64,000 bases of DNA from Amoebophrya sp. A120 (taxonomy: Eukaryota; Protista; Dinoflagellata): NCBI GenBank assembly GCA_905178155.1, contig CAJINV010000011.1, positions 1,887,939 to 1,951,938 of the forward strand, given 5' to 3'. A program made the translations under genes and the position numbers. Under the pieces are notes generated by a model that had not been told where the DNA came from, ran no database searches, and saw nothing but the letters and a program-made list of their open reading frames with translations. Positions 24,581-38,808 of this stretch are shown one piece after another (position 1 is the first letter of the stretch; each line of letters opens with the position of its first letter).

Positions 24581-27333
24581 TCACACGAGTTCCTGTTTCA
24601 CGTCTGAGAGCGCGTAATTCTCTACTTCTTCGCCGTTTTTCCTTTCGCCGTCAAATAAATACCGACTTACCTGGTCTCGCTGCCGGGCTTCGTAAAATTC
24701 GTCCCCGTCTAACCCGGCGGTGAAATAGTGGTGTCGAATTCGGTGCACCGCTTTCTCCCACGTCTTCTTGCGCTTCTCGACGCGCTCAGCTTTCGTGAGA
24801 AGTTTGTTTGGTTTTTCGTTTACCTTTGGTGCCGACGTCGTGCTGTCAGCGGTACCAATAGAAGTGGTCCTGCTCTCTTCATCTACGTCAAGAACTACAC
24901 GACCCCCGGTGCTGGCGTCTTCACCTTTACCTTTCCCCTGTAGTTCTTGCACCAGCTTTGTGCCCCCTCGTGAAGACGTCGACACTGTTGAAGGTTCCGA
25001 ATTCCAGATCGGACTAGTGTGGTAGTAGAGCAAAAAGAAGCTCTGCACGGCGCGGCAAAATTTCAGAAACCCCGGATTCCAGCGCGGGCCGTCGTCAGTG
25101 GTTGGACCTGCTGGAGGTGCATTATCGTCCTCGTAGTCAACTTCATCCTCCTCCCCCCCTGATTCCCCGCCTGTGAGGTGGTGCACCTCCTGCTCGTCCA
25201 AGGTGGGGACCTCCTGTAGGGACCTCCTGGAGGTGGTCGTCTTATTTTTGTTCCCTTTCGCGGTTTGGGTCTTGGATTTCGAAGAGTTCGACGCAGCAGG
25301 GCGCTTTTTCATCTTTTTCGGGTCTTGCTTCGCCGGCGTCCCGACTGGACGACCATCTTCAAAGTGGTGGTCTTGTTGCATCTTCTTTTTAGAAGGCCCC
25401 CGTTCTGCTGCACGATTTGGATCATCATTCTGGTACACGGCTCCGTGGTCTTTTGGAAACAAGGGTTCCAATTTGGCGAACGATTGTTCAAATTCGCGCG
25501 CAACTTTCTCGTTCGTCAGCCTCTCCAGCGCTTTTCCGTCCGGCAAGATCTGGCGTAATTGCGTGTACTTCATCCGCAAATCGTACACCAAATCTAGCAG
25601 GTGCGACGATTGCAGGCTGGCGAGTAGATTTTGATTTTCTAAGTCTAATTCTACTACTTCCGGGGAATTCACCCCAAAATGATTTTTCTTCCGCGGTTCG
25701 TGTGGACCTTCTTGCGCAGTTGAAATAATTTGGAGATTCTTTCCCCCCAGCGCCACAGCAGCTCCTTTGGTTTGGTCTTTGCTTTGGTTTGCTCTTTTTT
25801 CGCTTGTTTCGGTTTCCATGAAGACAGTGGACCACAGAAGCTGCAGTGGCGAAAAAGGCGTCAGCGGGAGGCTAAAGAGACTGCTCGCTTCCTCCAACAG
25901 CCACTGAATATTAGCCGTCACAACTTCTGTACATGTGGACGATGTTGACCCAGCACCATTACCGGCAAGAACATTGCTAGTACCAGATAATTTTTGCTCC
26001 GGAAGATGATGATGCACAATGCCGCTCCGCTCGAGCAAGCGTCCGGCCTCCTCCAGCAAGACTGACACTCTTCGTACCACCAAAAGGTGCTGCCGCGAGA
26101 AGCCCTCGAAACGCGGGAAGCCCGCTATCAACTGTAAAAATGTCTGGGTCTGGAAGAATTCATGTTTGTCATGCTTGTCTGGCATGACTCTTAAGTCTGT
26201 CATGCACGTTACCCAAGAGCTCCGTTTTTCTGTGATGCAGAAGCGCAGTCTGTCATGCAGAATAGGCAACACCTAGGAGCTCAGAAACTTGTCATGCTGA
26301 GCCAGCATTTGTAGCCTCATCATGAGACGCCACCCAGCATCACAAGTTCCCAGACCCAGACATTTTTACATTTGATACCCGCGGTGTGGAGGCACTCGTC
26401 CAGCTCGTCGGCAAGTTTGTGTTGCTGCAGTTCCAGGTATCCTGAGTAAAAACGTACCCACACCAGAGTCAGAATGGGGAATCTGCTAGACAAATCAGCC
26501 AGCTTTGGTTGTTTGGCATGACAAGTTTGTCCGCGTAGTGTAGTGCTGTTTGAGCTAGTTTAGCAGCATTACAGATCTAGTATCTCGTGCTGATTGGAGC
26601 ATGACAAATTTCAAAACCGCATTAGAAAATGCTTCTCATGGGGCTCCGCATGAGAAACATTTTAAGCATGCAGAGTTGCATGACAACTATGGTGTGGGTA
26701 CGTTTTTACTCAGGATACCAGGGCGAGGAGAGTCTGTTTCATTTTCACTTCTTCATCCTCGGACGTCGTGGTCCCCATACTGCATGCTGAAGTGACGTTC
26801 TTTCTACTGTGGTCTACAACTTCGACCTCGGCCTCGCTAGTACTGTAGATCTCCAGCCAGTGGCAGTAGCTAATCGCCCCCACTTCTGCCGATAGGGCCT
26901 CGCGAGCCTCGCGGAGGTCGAGTTCCGCCCCGTTATGGTAGTTGTTCATTTGTGGGTTCTCGTCTAGCTTTATTTCATCAACGACCATGTTATTTCTTGC
27001 GGTGGGCGAAGACTCCTTTGCGGGTGACAGACTTGTAGCCTTCGTCAGCGTGGTCATCGGTTCCTGGCTTGACACCCCCGTGCTCCTCCTCCCAAAAGCG
27101 TCTGAGACCTCTGATGTGTGCGCTAGAATGAAGGAATGAACCTTGCCGCAAAGGTAGCCGAAGGAGAATAATGCGCACAGAGACCCGATCAGAAGCGCAA
27201 TCACCTCGTGAGGACGCCATGCTATTCTTCTAGTAGGTTTGTTTTCATCCCCATGATCATGACTTTTTGGTGCCGGCGTTTTTGCCGGCTGAGCTCCTTG
27301 ATCTAAAGGAGATTCGATGGATATGGCTTTCAT
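24581..27333 (-). CDS. Hypothetical protein (~740 aa) with an N-terminal TM helix; 3 exons
   Basis: ORF 26710-27333, a mini-exon (ELQQHKLADELDECLHTAG) and ORF 24581-26125 join in one frame once two introners are removed. Confidence 0.75.
26126..26377. mobile_element. Introner family A, subtype A2
   Basis: TIR TATCAA.TGTAAAAATGTCTGGGTCTGG; perfect DR CCCGC; frame restored. Confidence 0.93.
26438..26717. mobile_element. Introner family D (opposite orientation to 48064 and 51055)
   Basis: Perfect 28-bp TIR TATCCTGAGTAAAAACGTACCCACACCA; perfect DR CCAGG; frame restored. Confidence 0.95.
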
Positions 27334-30300
27334 TTTGGAAAATCAAAATGCGAGTGCGTCGTGTAGTACCTATTTACTGTGAAAGTGTGGAGTAGAAGTA
27401 GATGTACTTCAGGGGACGTAGGATCTCCCAATTGATGTTTTTTCAAAAGTGGCACGGGGTCTTTTTTATTCTTTTTCGCCTGGTGTGTGGAGCTGGAGGT
27501 TAGTTTAGCCGTGTGATGTTCATCGTTGCTCTGCGTCTGCAACTGCGCGCGAACAACATGTAGCTCTTCTTATTATACAAAATTGCACGACAAACGGACG
27601 AGAAAATACTGGACGACACGAAACGATAACGAAACAAGTACGAAAATATGAGACGAACCTCCCTGCACGCACGAATTCAAACGAGGATAGGTCACCGAAA
27701 AATGAAATCAATGTCGCGAAACGCAAATTATAAAAACAAACCACACGACAATGCGGACAAATTTAAGCGCGTCGCTGAGTTTTCAAGCGTGCCCGTGCAG
27801 CTGCAGCAGCAGCGACAGCACCTCTTCGTGTACAGTACGTGTCTGGTTTTTCGGTTTTTCTTCTAGTACTTGTCGAGAGGCAACAAAAAAGGACAGCTGG
27901 TTTTTCTTCTTGTCTAAAAGGAACAAAAAGGACAATCTTCGGCAACATATATCCTTGCGGCACGGGGCAGGGTTTTTGCTTTTGGTTGGGCCGTGCGGCA
28001 AAAAAACGCGAGTACGACCTGCGATGCGTTTTCGAGTAGAATTTAGCAGGGCCGATGGGCCGCGCGCGCAAACCCACGCGCCCGCGGCGCCACAACGCGC
28101 TTGGGCCGACAGTGCGGGCCTGTATGTTCCGCGGAAGATAGGAGGTAAAGCGGGGGGGCCGGCACAACATGGAGCAGCCCACGGGCCTCGCTACTTGGTG
28201 ACGGCGCCCGGAGCTGACGAAAACGAGCCCGACCGCCGACGGCCGCCCCCTGGGGGGCGCGCGCCGCCACGCGGACACTGGCGCGGCGAACGTGGCCAAG
28301 GGCGCGGCGGAATGGCGCCCCCTCCAATATGCTCGGGAGCTCGCCCAACAGGCGGCCCAGGTCTGCGCCCCTGTCTTGCTTGCTGGTTGGGTGGTGCCTC
28401 ACGCAGCAGCCCCGGACTTCTCTCCCCACCTTCAGCGTGCGAAACTTGAGCAAGCCCGTGGGCATCGCTTGGAGCGGTTCCACAGCGTATCCCCCAAAGG
28501 AAATGCCCCAAAGAATGCGCGGGGCAGCGGCGCGGCGTCTCACTGCTGCGCCTTGAAATTGACAGCAAGGACCATGGGCGCCGGCAACGTTCGCGCTTCG
28601 GGCGTGTGCCGCAACGAGTACGAGCCACACGCCCGAGGGGAACAAATAACAACCCCCTCGATGGGCTTTCGTTTCCACAATCCGCGACGCTGAGGCGCCA
28701 CAGTCAGGGAGCTGGGGCGCCGGCACGCGCCTCCTCCAACGCCTCTGGTGTGACTGTGACGGACGAACTCGCTGTCATAGGTCGGATTCGTGTTGCACTT
28801 CCGGCACCCCGCGGCCGGGTCCGTAGTATGCAAATAGCCTGGCCCGCGGATCGGCGCACCCCGTCGAACCGCCGGCCGCGCCGCCCACGCGGCATTTTCC
28901 ACAGCAAAGCCGCCCGCGACCACCTTGCGCCCCCCGCCCTAGCCCTGCAGGCTTCTCGTAGAAGCCGCCGCAGCCTGCCGCTACACGGTAATCTGGCGCA
29001 ACCTGCGAAAGCTCCCGCCTACCGCCCTTCGACGGAGCACAACTCGCCGCCCTGTGACGGAATGCGCACGACAATCACGAGAAAAGACAGCGGCCCGCCG
29101 TGGCAGAAACAAACCACCCCCCCACGCACGGCGACAAGCAGCGTGGCAACGGGCCGGCCCGCCCCGAGGCATGCCGTGGCGCGCTTCGTTCCTCGCGCGG
29201 AAAAGTCCCAAGCCTGCCGCAGCAGGCACAACGCCGGGCGCTGCGGCGCCTTCCCTTCGGCGGCGCGGCCGGCCGCGATTCCATTCGCCACAAGCGCGGC
29301 GGCCTTTCGGGTACCAGGCAAACGATGCCGCGCCACGCCCCCCGGCCCCCATGAAAAGCAACAATCAACGGAGAGCACGAATGAGGGGGCGACGGCGCGG
29401 CTCCTCCTGGTCGCGCACGGAAGCGCTTGCACATTGCGGCCCCCCTTTCCCGCGCCCAGGTCCGCCGCGCTTTCCGCCGCAAAGCCGCCGCCGGGGGCCT
29501 GGCGTCGGCGTAGGTCGTCCTTGGCGGGGGTCGCACCCTGCGCAGGTGCTTCTCGGCCGGCGAGAGGGTCTTCCAGCCGGGCAGACAGGCGGCGCGGCGC
29601 GGCAGGCTCTGCCGTCCGCGCTTTGCTCGGCCCCACTGCCCAGCCGCTTTGCCCACAAACGGACGCCCCTAGCTTCGTGCGAGGCACTTCCGGGCGCGCC
29701 GCCTCCGAGCTAGTAAACCACACGACAGCGCGGACACGTTTAAACATGTTGTTTTGGTGTCCTTCGCCCAACGGACAAGTGAACGCAAAAGAACAGCCCC
29801 AGATCCACAGATTATTTCATCATATGTGCCAAAAAGTGCGAGAGGACTCCGAGGCTCGGAACTTTTCACGTTCCGATTTTTTTTCGGGCGTTGGTTTTGA
29901 TGTTTTATGAATTTTTTTTATGAAATTTTTTTCGTGGGTCAGAAAAAATGGAGTTCGTTGCGAAATGCGCACGCTTATTAAATGCTGTGGGAAAAAAGCT
30001 ATGAGTAGAGTATTTCTATGCGAATCGAGGGCGTGATGTGATGTGGCAGAAGCGATGCAAAGACGACGAAGCCTCTTTCGCTTGGCGAATTAGCTGCGTC
30101 GTCGAATATGAGATTGGAGCACAGAATGAACCTAAGCCAAATTCTGAGCACAGCAAAGCTGCACCCAGGATGAAGCTTTAGCTTTCGGTTCGGGAAAAGA
30201 AAAATGCAACAGGAACCTTACTGTATGGTGGAAAAGGTGCAGCTTTTGGTATGGCACTACAATTACAGGTTGATGTAGCAACCTTCTTTCTTGCTATGAA

Positions 30301-31525
30301 AGAGAACGCACTCCTTCGACAGGCTACGTACTACATCCAACGACCATAAGAGAAACCTCAACTAGTTGTTCAGTTCGTTGTTTGTTCAAAAAATTGCAAA
30401 CAATAAAAAGGTGCGCTCTCGAGTTCTTTTGTTTGCAAACGAGGAAAGACAAAACTACTACACCCACCCCTACAGAAAGGATAGAAGTTCATCCGGCTGC
30501 TCGTGGCTGTTTGCATACCAGTGTTGTATTTGCGCGTCGAGTTTATTTTCAATGTACGGGGAGAAGACCAGGACCCGCCACCGTGGAAGAAATCGAGAAG
30601 GAGCTCTATTCGTCTAAGTGGCGCTCTTGGATGAAAAGACGAAGCCTCACAAAGGTGCGTCGGTGTATCTATTTACAACAATGCGTGGATCACGAGCAAC
30701 ACCATAGCGTATAGTATTCTTGTGGGGCGACAAAATGACAGTGGTCTGACAGGAGCCATGGTGTTGTTCTTGACAAGAATCATAGCTAGACTTTATTGTG
30801 CCGGCCTCAGAAAAAAAAAATTGGCCTTGTGTTTCGTGTTGTCCCACTTGACCACCTCAGTCGGTGGTAGCAAGAAAACAGAAGTATGTCAGAGAACGAC
30901 TTCGATCCTGCTCGCTGTCGTTATTTTTACTTTTACTTTACATTTCTAAACGGCGGAAAAATTTTGTTGTTTTTTGTCTTCCGATGTTGAGCCTAACCGT
31001 CTCTTGGTTGTCGAGGGCCTCATGCAACCACGACAAGAAGCACAAGACTCCTCTCCAGAAGAGTTAGACCATAAATCAAACTTGACTAGATATACTGTAC
31101 GGGTGGTCGTGCAGCAGAGAAGTGGTTTCTTGGAAACTATGCGACACTGACACTGTACTAGTCATCGAATACAGTAAAATCAAAAGCTTCTGTTTTCGCC
31201 TAAAACGGAGCAGGAGGAAACAAGTTCTACTTTGAGGTTAGATTACTATGCCGACTCTCTTCACGATGAAATCGCGAAGCAAGATCATGCTTGCGCATTC
31301 TCCTGAAGTAGTAGTAGTACATGAAATAAATATGAGAAGTTGAAAAAAAGTACGAACTCCTCGTAGCACGGTGTGCTACGTGTTCGTCGATCTTGCCGGA
31401 TTAGTGTTAAACTGGAAAGTGACAAGAGGTGATCAAGATACCATAAAGATATTTATCGGACACAAAGTAAATGCAAAAATTGTTAAAAAAAGCGGATTAT
31501 AAAAATGTCTAGGTACGACCACTAC

Positions 31526-34500
31526 CTAGGAGCTAGTCGTGCCCAATGAAAGCGGAAAATTCGAGCTCCCTGCGCTGCCTGGCGTCATTGCGAAATTCGA
31601 TGTGGATGCGGTGGTCGGGGTTCCTTCACACGGCGTCGCACTATCAGCCGCCGACCCGCATTCCGAACAAGCAGGAATTTCTTGCATCAACGCGGTCGTA
31701 GAAGTCTTGGACTATTTTCGAAAAATTTTATTGAGTTTGATATTCGAGACAATTTTTTGATGCTGGATTTTATCTATCATGCGCCAGACCAGGTGAAATG
31801 AGGATGTGCTTTCTGCGATAATATTTCTACTTAGACACTTCCTTCTTCGATTCTGAAGACACAATCGAAATAAGAGCTCCTGCCACAAATAATCAGATTG
31901 ATGTCAGAGGCAGAAGCAGAACTGGTCGTGGTCGTGCTTCAACCAAAAATAAAAAAATCATACCCGAAGATGCTCCCCCGGCGCCCCCGTGGCACGTCCC
32001 TTTATGCTCCCTAAGAACATCTCGTCGGAGGTTGCTTTGGAATTATAAACTGAAGAACACGACGACGATGATGAATAGGCCGTGTTCATTCCAATCGTTC
32101 CGCCCACCATCTGTAGTTCCGCATGATCATCTTGCGGCTCCTTGGACACGAGAGAAGAAGAAGAAGCGCTCGCACAGTTACTAGTACCGGTTGTGGAACT
32201 ACTAGTTGCATAACTGAGTAACTGCACCCCGGTCGGCCCCAGTAGCTCGGTCAACAAGTCTTCTCCACCAGGGTGAAGACCGGTCCCCTCCTGCTGGCCT
32301 GCGGGAGCTTTGTTCATCGCGCTCGTCGTGGTAATGGCATCAGCAGCAGAGGCTCCTGTCATGGCTTTATTGTGGTGCACGTCAATGTCCTTCACGATGA
32401 TGTCGTCGAAGACATCCTTGGTTGTTTCATCTGCTCCGACCTGCCGCAACCATGCACACAAATCGGTCTCCTCGCCATCAGCTCCTTCGTGGATAGTACT
32501 AGTAGTACCATCACGAGGACGATAATTATTGCTGTCCCGCCCGCTGAAGGGGAAAGGACTGCTCTTGGACGTAGCCTGTGTTGGATTTGTTCAATATGAA
32601 GTTTTTTTGCTGTACAAAAGAGACTAGAGCGGGATGGTCAACCACTAGAGCGGGATGGTCAACATACATGCGGAAAAAGTAAAAGAGCAGAAAGGAAGAT
32701 TGCGCAAATAAATCCACCATGCACAAGTAGTATACCCTCATTTCCGTTACTTCGTCCCACACATCCGGTGACAAATCCAGCTTCGGAAAACACTCCGCCC
32801 ACCGCACCAAGGCGTCCGCGCCCCGCATGCCGAGCCGCTCCCAGACCTCGTTCACGCTCATCACCAGTGGTCGACGCATCCGAACGACTGGATTTATTTT
32901 GATTCCACAACGATTTCAACAAACTCGGTTCGATACGTGGTCAACGATATTTTTACGGTTGAACATTGAAGAAATTCGATTGACGTAGTGCACGGTCTAC
33001 TTACTACTGCGCCAAGAACAGAAGAAATTGAAATCATCCAGAAGATGCACGAAAAGCCCCGGCCGATAGGCTGAAAAATGTAAATGTTTAAAAACTATAG
33101 ACAGACAGTACATTTGACGTAATCCCAGAAGGCGTGGGCATACTCGCTGACCCAGTGCGATACGACCGCCAAGGCCCGGCGCGACCGCGGGTGCCGGTTT
33201 TGGATCCAGATGGTGAGCTCCCCGCTGGCGCAGTCCAACCAGACGCCGCCCCGGTGGGGGTAGTCCAGGAACTGCCGCAGGTGCTGGATTATGCATTGCA
33301 AATAAAGTATCGCACTCGTAGTACTCGTAGGCATACAGCTTCACAAATCTTATTCTTGAGGTCGCAAATCCGCATTGCAAGTTGTATTTTTCACGCTGCG
33401 GTAATCTGTGTCTGTCATGCGATTTATACTAGGGCGATCATACTTTTGCAATGCGTATGGATCTGCACAGCCTTCTGGTCCATGAAGAACGGCAACGCCT
33501 CTCGGGGAATGAACAGCACATCGTAGTGGGAGCACTTGTGCTGCAAAAAGTGCGGGGTAGGCGGGATGAGGTACTGGTGCGGACTCCCCCCCGCGGACAC
33601 GATCGGGTTAAAGCCCCGGTGGCCGTGATTGTTGCCAAAACTCATGGCCGTGCTGATCGGCCCGCGGTCGCCGAAACCAGTGGAGGCAGAGCCTGAACCT
33701 TTCATATTTCCGCCGCCAAGAAAGCCCCCAGCCCGACTGCTGGCGTTGTGTCCACCTCCCCGTGTGGCGGCGGAGGGAACAAACATCATGCCGCTGCCAC
33801 GGTGGTGGCTACTGATCATGCTCCCCATGCCGCCCACCCGGGAGCAAGAACCTGCTGGTGCCCCTCCATAGGGTCCACCTCCGCGAGACGACATCCGAGT
33901 GGAACAATTGCTGTGACCACGCTCCCCGAGGACGCCAGCCTGGTGCGGAACAAAGCCGCCCGCGGTACTAGTACAGCCGGCAGCCCCTCCTTCCAGCAAC
34001 TCCAACCGCTGCAGATCAGCGAAAGTAGTCGGTTGGCCGCCACGAATTATGTGCTTGTTATTTACTAGCGCGTTCATGGCGGAAAGCGGCATCCGCCCCC
34101 GCGCAGTGAACCCGAAGCTGGGCATGAAGGGAATCGCACTGGAGCGAAACCGGCTGTAATCAATCTCGCCGTACATATTTGTGTTGTCCAGTCGGGGCTT
34201 GTTTACGTTGTTTCCTGCTTGTTGTTGTTTTCTCCCACCGCTGCTCGCATGATCAAAAATATCAGGGACCGACTTGTTCATATCTTCACAAGAGGTCCTC
34301 GCTGTCTTTTTACTACAATTTTCATTGTTTTCGCTTCCCAGCTGCGGCGGCCCTGTTTCTTTCATCACGTCGATCTCGCCCGCTTTTCCTTGTTTCGTTG
34401 TAGCAGCTGTATCTTGCACGATTTGGATTTTATCCTGGAGTTCTTGTTGCCCATCCTCCTTCATAAATTGGCCGCTGCCGACGTTTTCATCACCGCGATC

Positions 34501-36885
34501 CCTATCAAACCGCTTGTCCTCGTTGAACACCACCGGACCCCTTGTATCTTCGTCGAAGTCCATGGGAAAATTGAACTTGTCCACATCAACTTCCGATGCA
34601 ATCTTCGACCCACTGACAGCCCCTTTTTTCTTCTTCGCAGAGGACGCCGTTTTCTGCCGCTTGTTGCTACAGTTATTTCCTACCGTTTTCATCGCAGGAG
34701 CGGCTTCAGCGTCATCATTCTCTTTCTCCTCCGGCGGCAACACGAACTTGCTTACTACGGGAAGATTTTTCGACCTTTTGTTCTTCCCCCCAGTGTTAAC
34801 GATGATGTGCTGGTCCTGGTGCTGCTGCCCCTTTTTGTTTTTACCATAGTTCTTGTAGTACTGGTCGGTTTTATACAGGTCAACATCTACTTCGTGCTGC
34901 CCACCTTTCTGATGTGGTCCTTTGGGATTGTGAAAGTTTTGACTTTTTCCCGCCCCTGATACAGTAGTAGTCTTCTGCATGCTGATGTTCTTGCCCTTGT
35001 CCGCAACTTCATCCTCCCCATCTAGGTTGCAGCCGTTGTCCCCATGCAGTACTTGATCCTGGTCGTAAAACCAATGCCCTCCGTCGTCGTCCAAAATACC
35101 TAACTCCATGCCGTCGGGAGATTTGTAGAGCCCCGCTTTTTCCTTGCCAAACCCGATGGGCGACGGTGCGTAGGAAAGCAAATCATGCGCAATAGGACAA
35201 TGCTCGTGCTTGACAGCATCTGCATCCATCATTTCTGAAAAATCGACCGTGTTTGAGTTGTTTTGATCCGCGAGGTGGATCACTGACGCCATGTAGTTGT
35301 TCCCTATCCCTGCTGTAGTCGATGATCCGAAAGTAGCAGTACAAGAAGTACCGGCTTCTTCTTTAGTCGACGGCACACCACGTCGTGTCCCACCTGCCAT
35401 CGTCACCTCAGATGTTGAACTTCGGGTAGTAAGAATCTCCTGGGACGACAATTGCTGTGGATTCGTAGAGGACATCGAGGAGCAGGAAGTATAAACAGGC
35501 GGTGATTTTGTCGTCGTCCCTAGCAAGTGCGCCCAGTGCGGGTCATCCTGGTCGATTTGAATGGTTGCGTCAAGCTCCGACTGCAGCTCTGAGGAACTAC
35601 ATTCACTACTTCTTCCTATGTTGTTGCCCCCCTTTAGTACCCAGTTGTCTTCCGCTCCACCAGAGGAGGACTCGAAATCAAAAGACGAGCAGGGACCAGC
35701 ACTTCTGGGGCTGCTCAACAAAGTCGTGTCGTGGTCCAAATTCAGTGCCAACGCGCTCGGCTGCGAGAGTAACTCGGCGTGGTCCTCCACAGGAGGTCCT
35801 CGTGGTGTGTCAACTACATGCGGGGTCGACGACGTGTTGGAGCTCTGGGTCGTGATCGCGACGTCCTTCGTGCCATCGATTTTTCTTTGACTCCCCAGCG
35901 GATCATGCTCTGGTGCAGCGAAGAAAGAACCAGGTTTAATATTATTCGTTTCCTGGTGCTCGTCCCGCGACCATTCTCCTCGCGGCGCAATCTGCTGCGC
36001 AAAGAGCTCCTCCGGAGAAAGCAGAGCAGCGCCCGTGGTCGGAAGGATTGGGAGCTTCGGTGGCTTATTTATCAGTGTAGAAGGCGCACTGTTATAAACG
36101 CCGGACGAGTTGTAAGTCAAGGTCGTAGTCGGCCGCGCGTGGCCTCGTTCCTGCAGTTCCTGTTCCACCCCCGCTGCCCGAGATGTTTTTGTACTACAAG
36201 TCGGAAGATCGTCACTTTCCTTTCCCTTGTCGCCGCTGGTGCACGAACTTTTACAACTAGTACCCTCAATAACTTCTTCTCCCGAACAAGAACCTCCCAC
36301 CGGGGTCGCGGAGCAGTAGTTGTGCTGATTATCATACGGGGTCGCGGAGGATAAAAAGCACTGCAACAGATCAACATCCGGAGGTGGATTACCCCCTGGC
36401 GGTCCAGCAGCAGATGAGATCGTGGTTGTAGTTCCAGTACCCTCCTCGGAGAGGAAATTCCCGCTAAGCGCGCAAGAACCGCTCCCGGAGCAGGTCGAGG
36501 CGGTCGGCGTTGCAGAGGTCGTAGTGGTGCTGATGTTCAGCCAATTCTCCAGCTTGTTGTGTAAGTACCAATCTTTATCCTGTTGTAGTTTATTTTCCAT
36601 CTGAAAATCGTGGTCTGCTGGTGAACAAGCAGCACCAGGTGTCGTCGTGAAGGAACTACCTGTAGGTCGTGGAGCTCCTTCCAGGATCGCCGCCCGGGGG
36701 TCGACCAGGACCACGTCGTCGCCCGGGGGTCGACCTTTGACAGCCGTCTTCAGAGAGGTGGACTGCGGCGCCGGGGACGAGATTTTGATGTCGTCGATTT
36801 TGCTTATTTTTTCCACGGTGCTGCTACCTGCACCTTGGATCATTCTTCCGTAGTTCCTGTCTGATGCAGCACTCATCTTTCTCAA
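31526..36885 (-). CDS. Large low-complexity hypothetical protein, multi-exon
   Basis: 1153-aa ORF 33424-36885 continues across introner 33290-33457 (VQIQ-HLRQFLDYPHRGGVW). Further likely exons at ~32700-32880, 31960-32500 and 31526-31700. 3' end uncertain. Confidence 0.6.
33290..33457. mobile_element. Introner family I (unpaired)
   Basis: TATGCATTGCAAA..AGTAT and ATACTTTTGCAATGCGTA ends; perfect DR TGGAT; frame restored. Confidence 0.9.
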
Positions 36886-38808
36886 TATTCACGACGTGGT
36901 CCTCGGAAGATGACGCTTGGTTGGCTCTCTAAATACAACTTGCTTTGGTTTTATTCAAGTACAACTACTTTGATACTTTATTTTACTTATTTACTTTTCT
37001 ATAACAAGTCGTGAATGAGTGTCCTCAGCTTCGAAATTCCTCCATATATTAGGCATACATCACTACATTCATTGTAGTTGTACTCAGTTATTACAGCTTG
37101 GAAATAAACCCAACACAAATCAGAGCTGGGTATGGCAATGCAAACGCGGGCCGAAGGATCGTCGTGGAGATCATACGAGAGGAGAGCATCGAGTCCTCGA
37201 CGCGGCAGCAGAATGTGTAGGCACCAGAGACGGAACTTTCCTTCTGAAGCTCTTCTAACAACAAAGCTGACACAGGAGCCAACAACTTTTTGCCGATCTT
37301 TCCGTTCTTGCGTGCCTACTTACGATAATGTTCTATTGCAGGGTATAAGTAATTGAAGAGGTTCTACTCCTTGGGGCCGAAGTCGAGAAAAATGTTCTCG
37401 TCGAGAATAATTACGTGAAGATCACGAACTGCGTCGCTCGATCAGGTGAGGATCAACTGTTATTTTTGGATTGTTGTCGTGCTAGACTGTTTTCTACTGG
37501 TGACCTGATCAGGAATATATAAGCTTGATCCCTACGACTATCGAAAATACGAAATTATGCAGCTTTTATAGAAACTGCAAACTCAACGAAAAATGCTGCT
37601 GGTTCATCAACTAGAGAAGGAGCGCGTCGAACTAAGGCGAGCAAAAACTTGAACTTTACTAAACTCTGGACTAATACTTCAAAAACGACAACTTTCACCG
37701 GGAGAGACAGACAGACATTACATATAGAAATTCGATACAGATTCACTTTTTCATACCAAATCGAATAGAGTGAAAAACCAAATTGAATCGCCTAAATGCA
37801 TCTGTGGGGGTAATCTCAGGAAGATGTTAAAAAGGATCGTCGTGTTCAACAGGCATCAATCTCGTGGCTGATTACCACCTTCACTCAGGATCATCTTCAT
37901 CTGCTATGCGCTTTACAAGAAGCTCAGTAGAGGATCATCTTCATCGAGCACATCGTTGTGCAGCTCCGCAGGACAGCATCTATCTTCAACAAGTTGTTGG
38001 AAAGACTAAAACTACAACTGAGGAAGTAGCTGCTGCACTTGGAATAAGAAGTTCTTGTCCGCACAACTCGTGCGGATCGAGCCTGAATCGATCCCGACGC
38101 CTCCGTCTGATGCACGTATCGAGTTAGATATGCGAGGTGACATGGTTGGAAGTAAGTAACCTTGAAGGACCTCTACTGTGTCCTCGGTCATTCCTTGCAA
38201 TATGAAACACTGGCTGTACAACTATATTGAGACCCAGTTCACCGCTGTCCGATCCGTTTCTGTCCTAAGAAATTTAGGCGCGCGCGGTTGCAAGAATTGA
38301 GGTCTTAGGATTAATACTTATTTTCTACGCAGCAGTCGTAAGCGCGGGTATAATTGATCTGGATCGGATCCAATCAAACGTGGCCAAATTATACCTGGCG
38401 CCCTAGCCTTGAATCTAAGTAGTTGATCGACTGATTCTTAAGTGGCGTCTTTTAACAGCATCCTTTTCCTGATGCCGTCGCGCTTGAAGATTTTCGTGCC
38501 TGGTTCGCCGTACAAAAAAGAAAACGCACCGGCTTCTTCTAGAAGGTGGAGACACTTCCACGCAGTTCTTGACGCATGTAGTGCGTACGAATGTTTTTCA
38601 CATTTTATCGCCAGCATTGTTCTTTCGAAGTAGATGCAGAATGCAGTCGACGTGGGGTTCTTGCTACTATAGCTCATTGTGGTCGCTGTAGTTGAAAATA
38701 CCAAACCGCGTGCTCCGTTTATTCTTTTTTCACGTATCGATGGAGTCAAAAAAGCAGTCGTGTGCTCGCTTCTTACTTTAGGCGAGCGATTGAAGACAGT
38801 GATACTGG

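Noticed and set aside
27751-29910. Overlapping R/A/P/G-rich ORFs in GC islands (also 716-2042, 8641-9994 and 13699-16071)
   Set aside because: Open in many frames on both strands because of composition; no domain signatures.
30366-31760. Plus-strand gene
   Set aside because: Short ORFs with no recognisable family; 31526-31700 reads equally well as a last minus-strand exon.
32623-32662. 21-bp tandem duplication (also an 11-bp repeat at ~1061-1101)
   Set aside because: Simple slippage repeats with no further structure.
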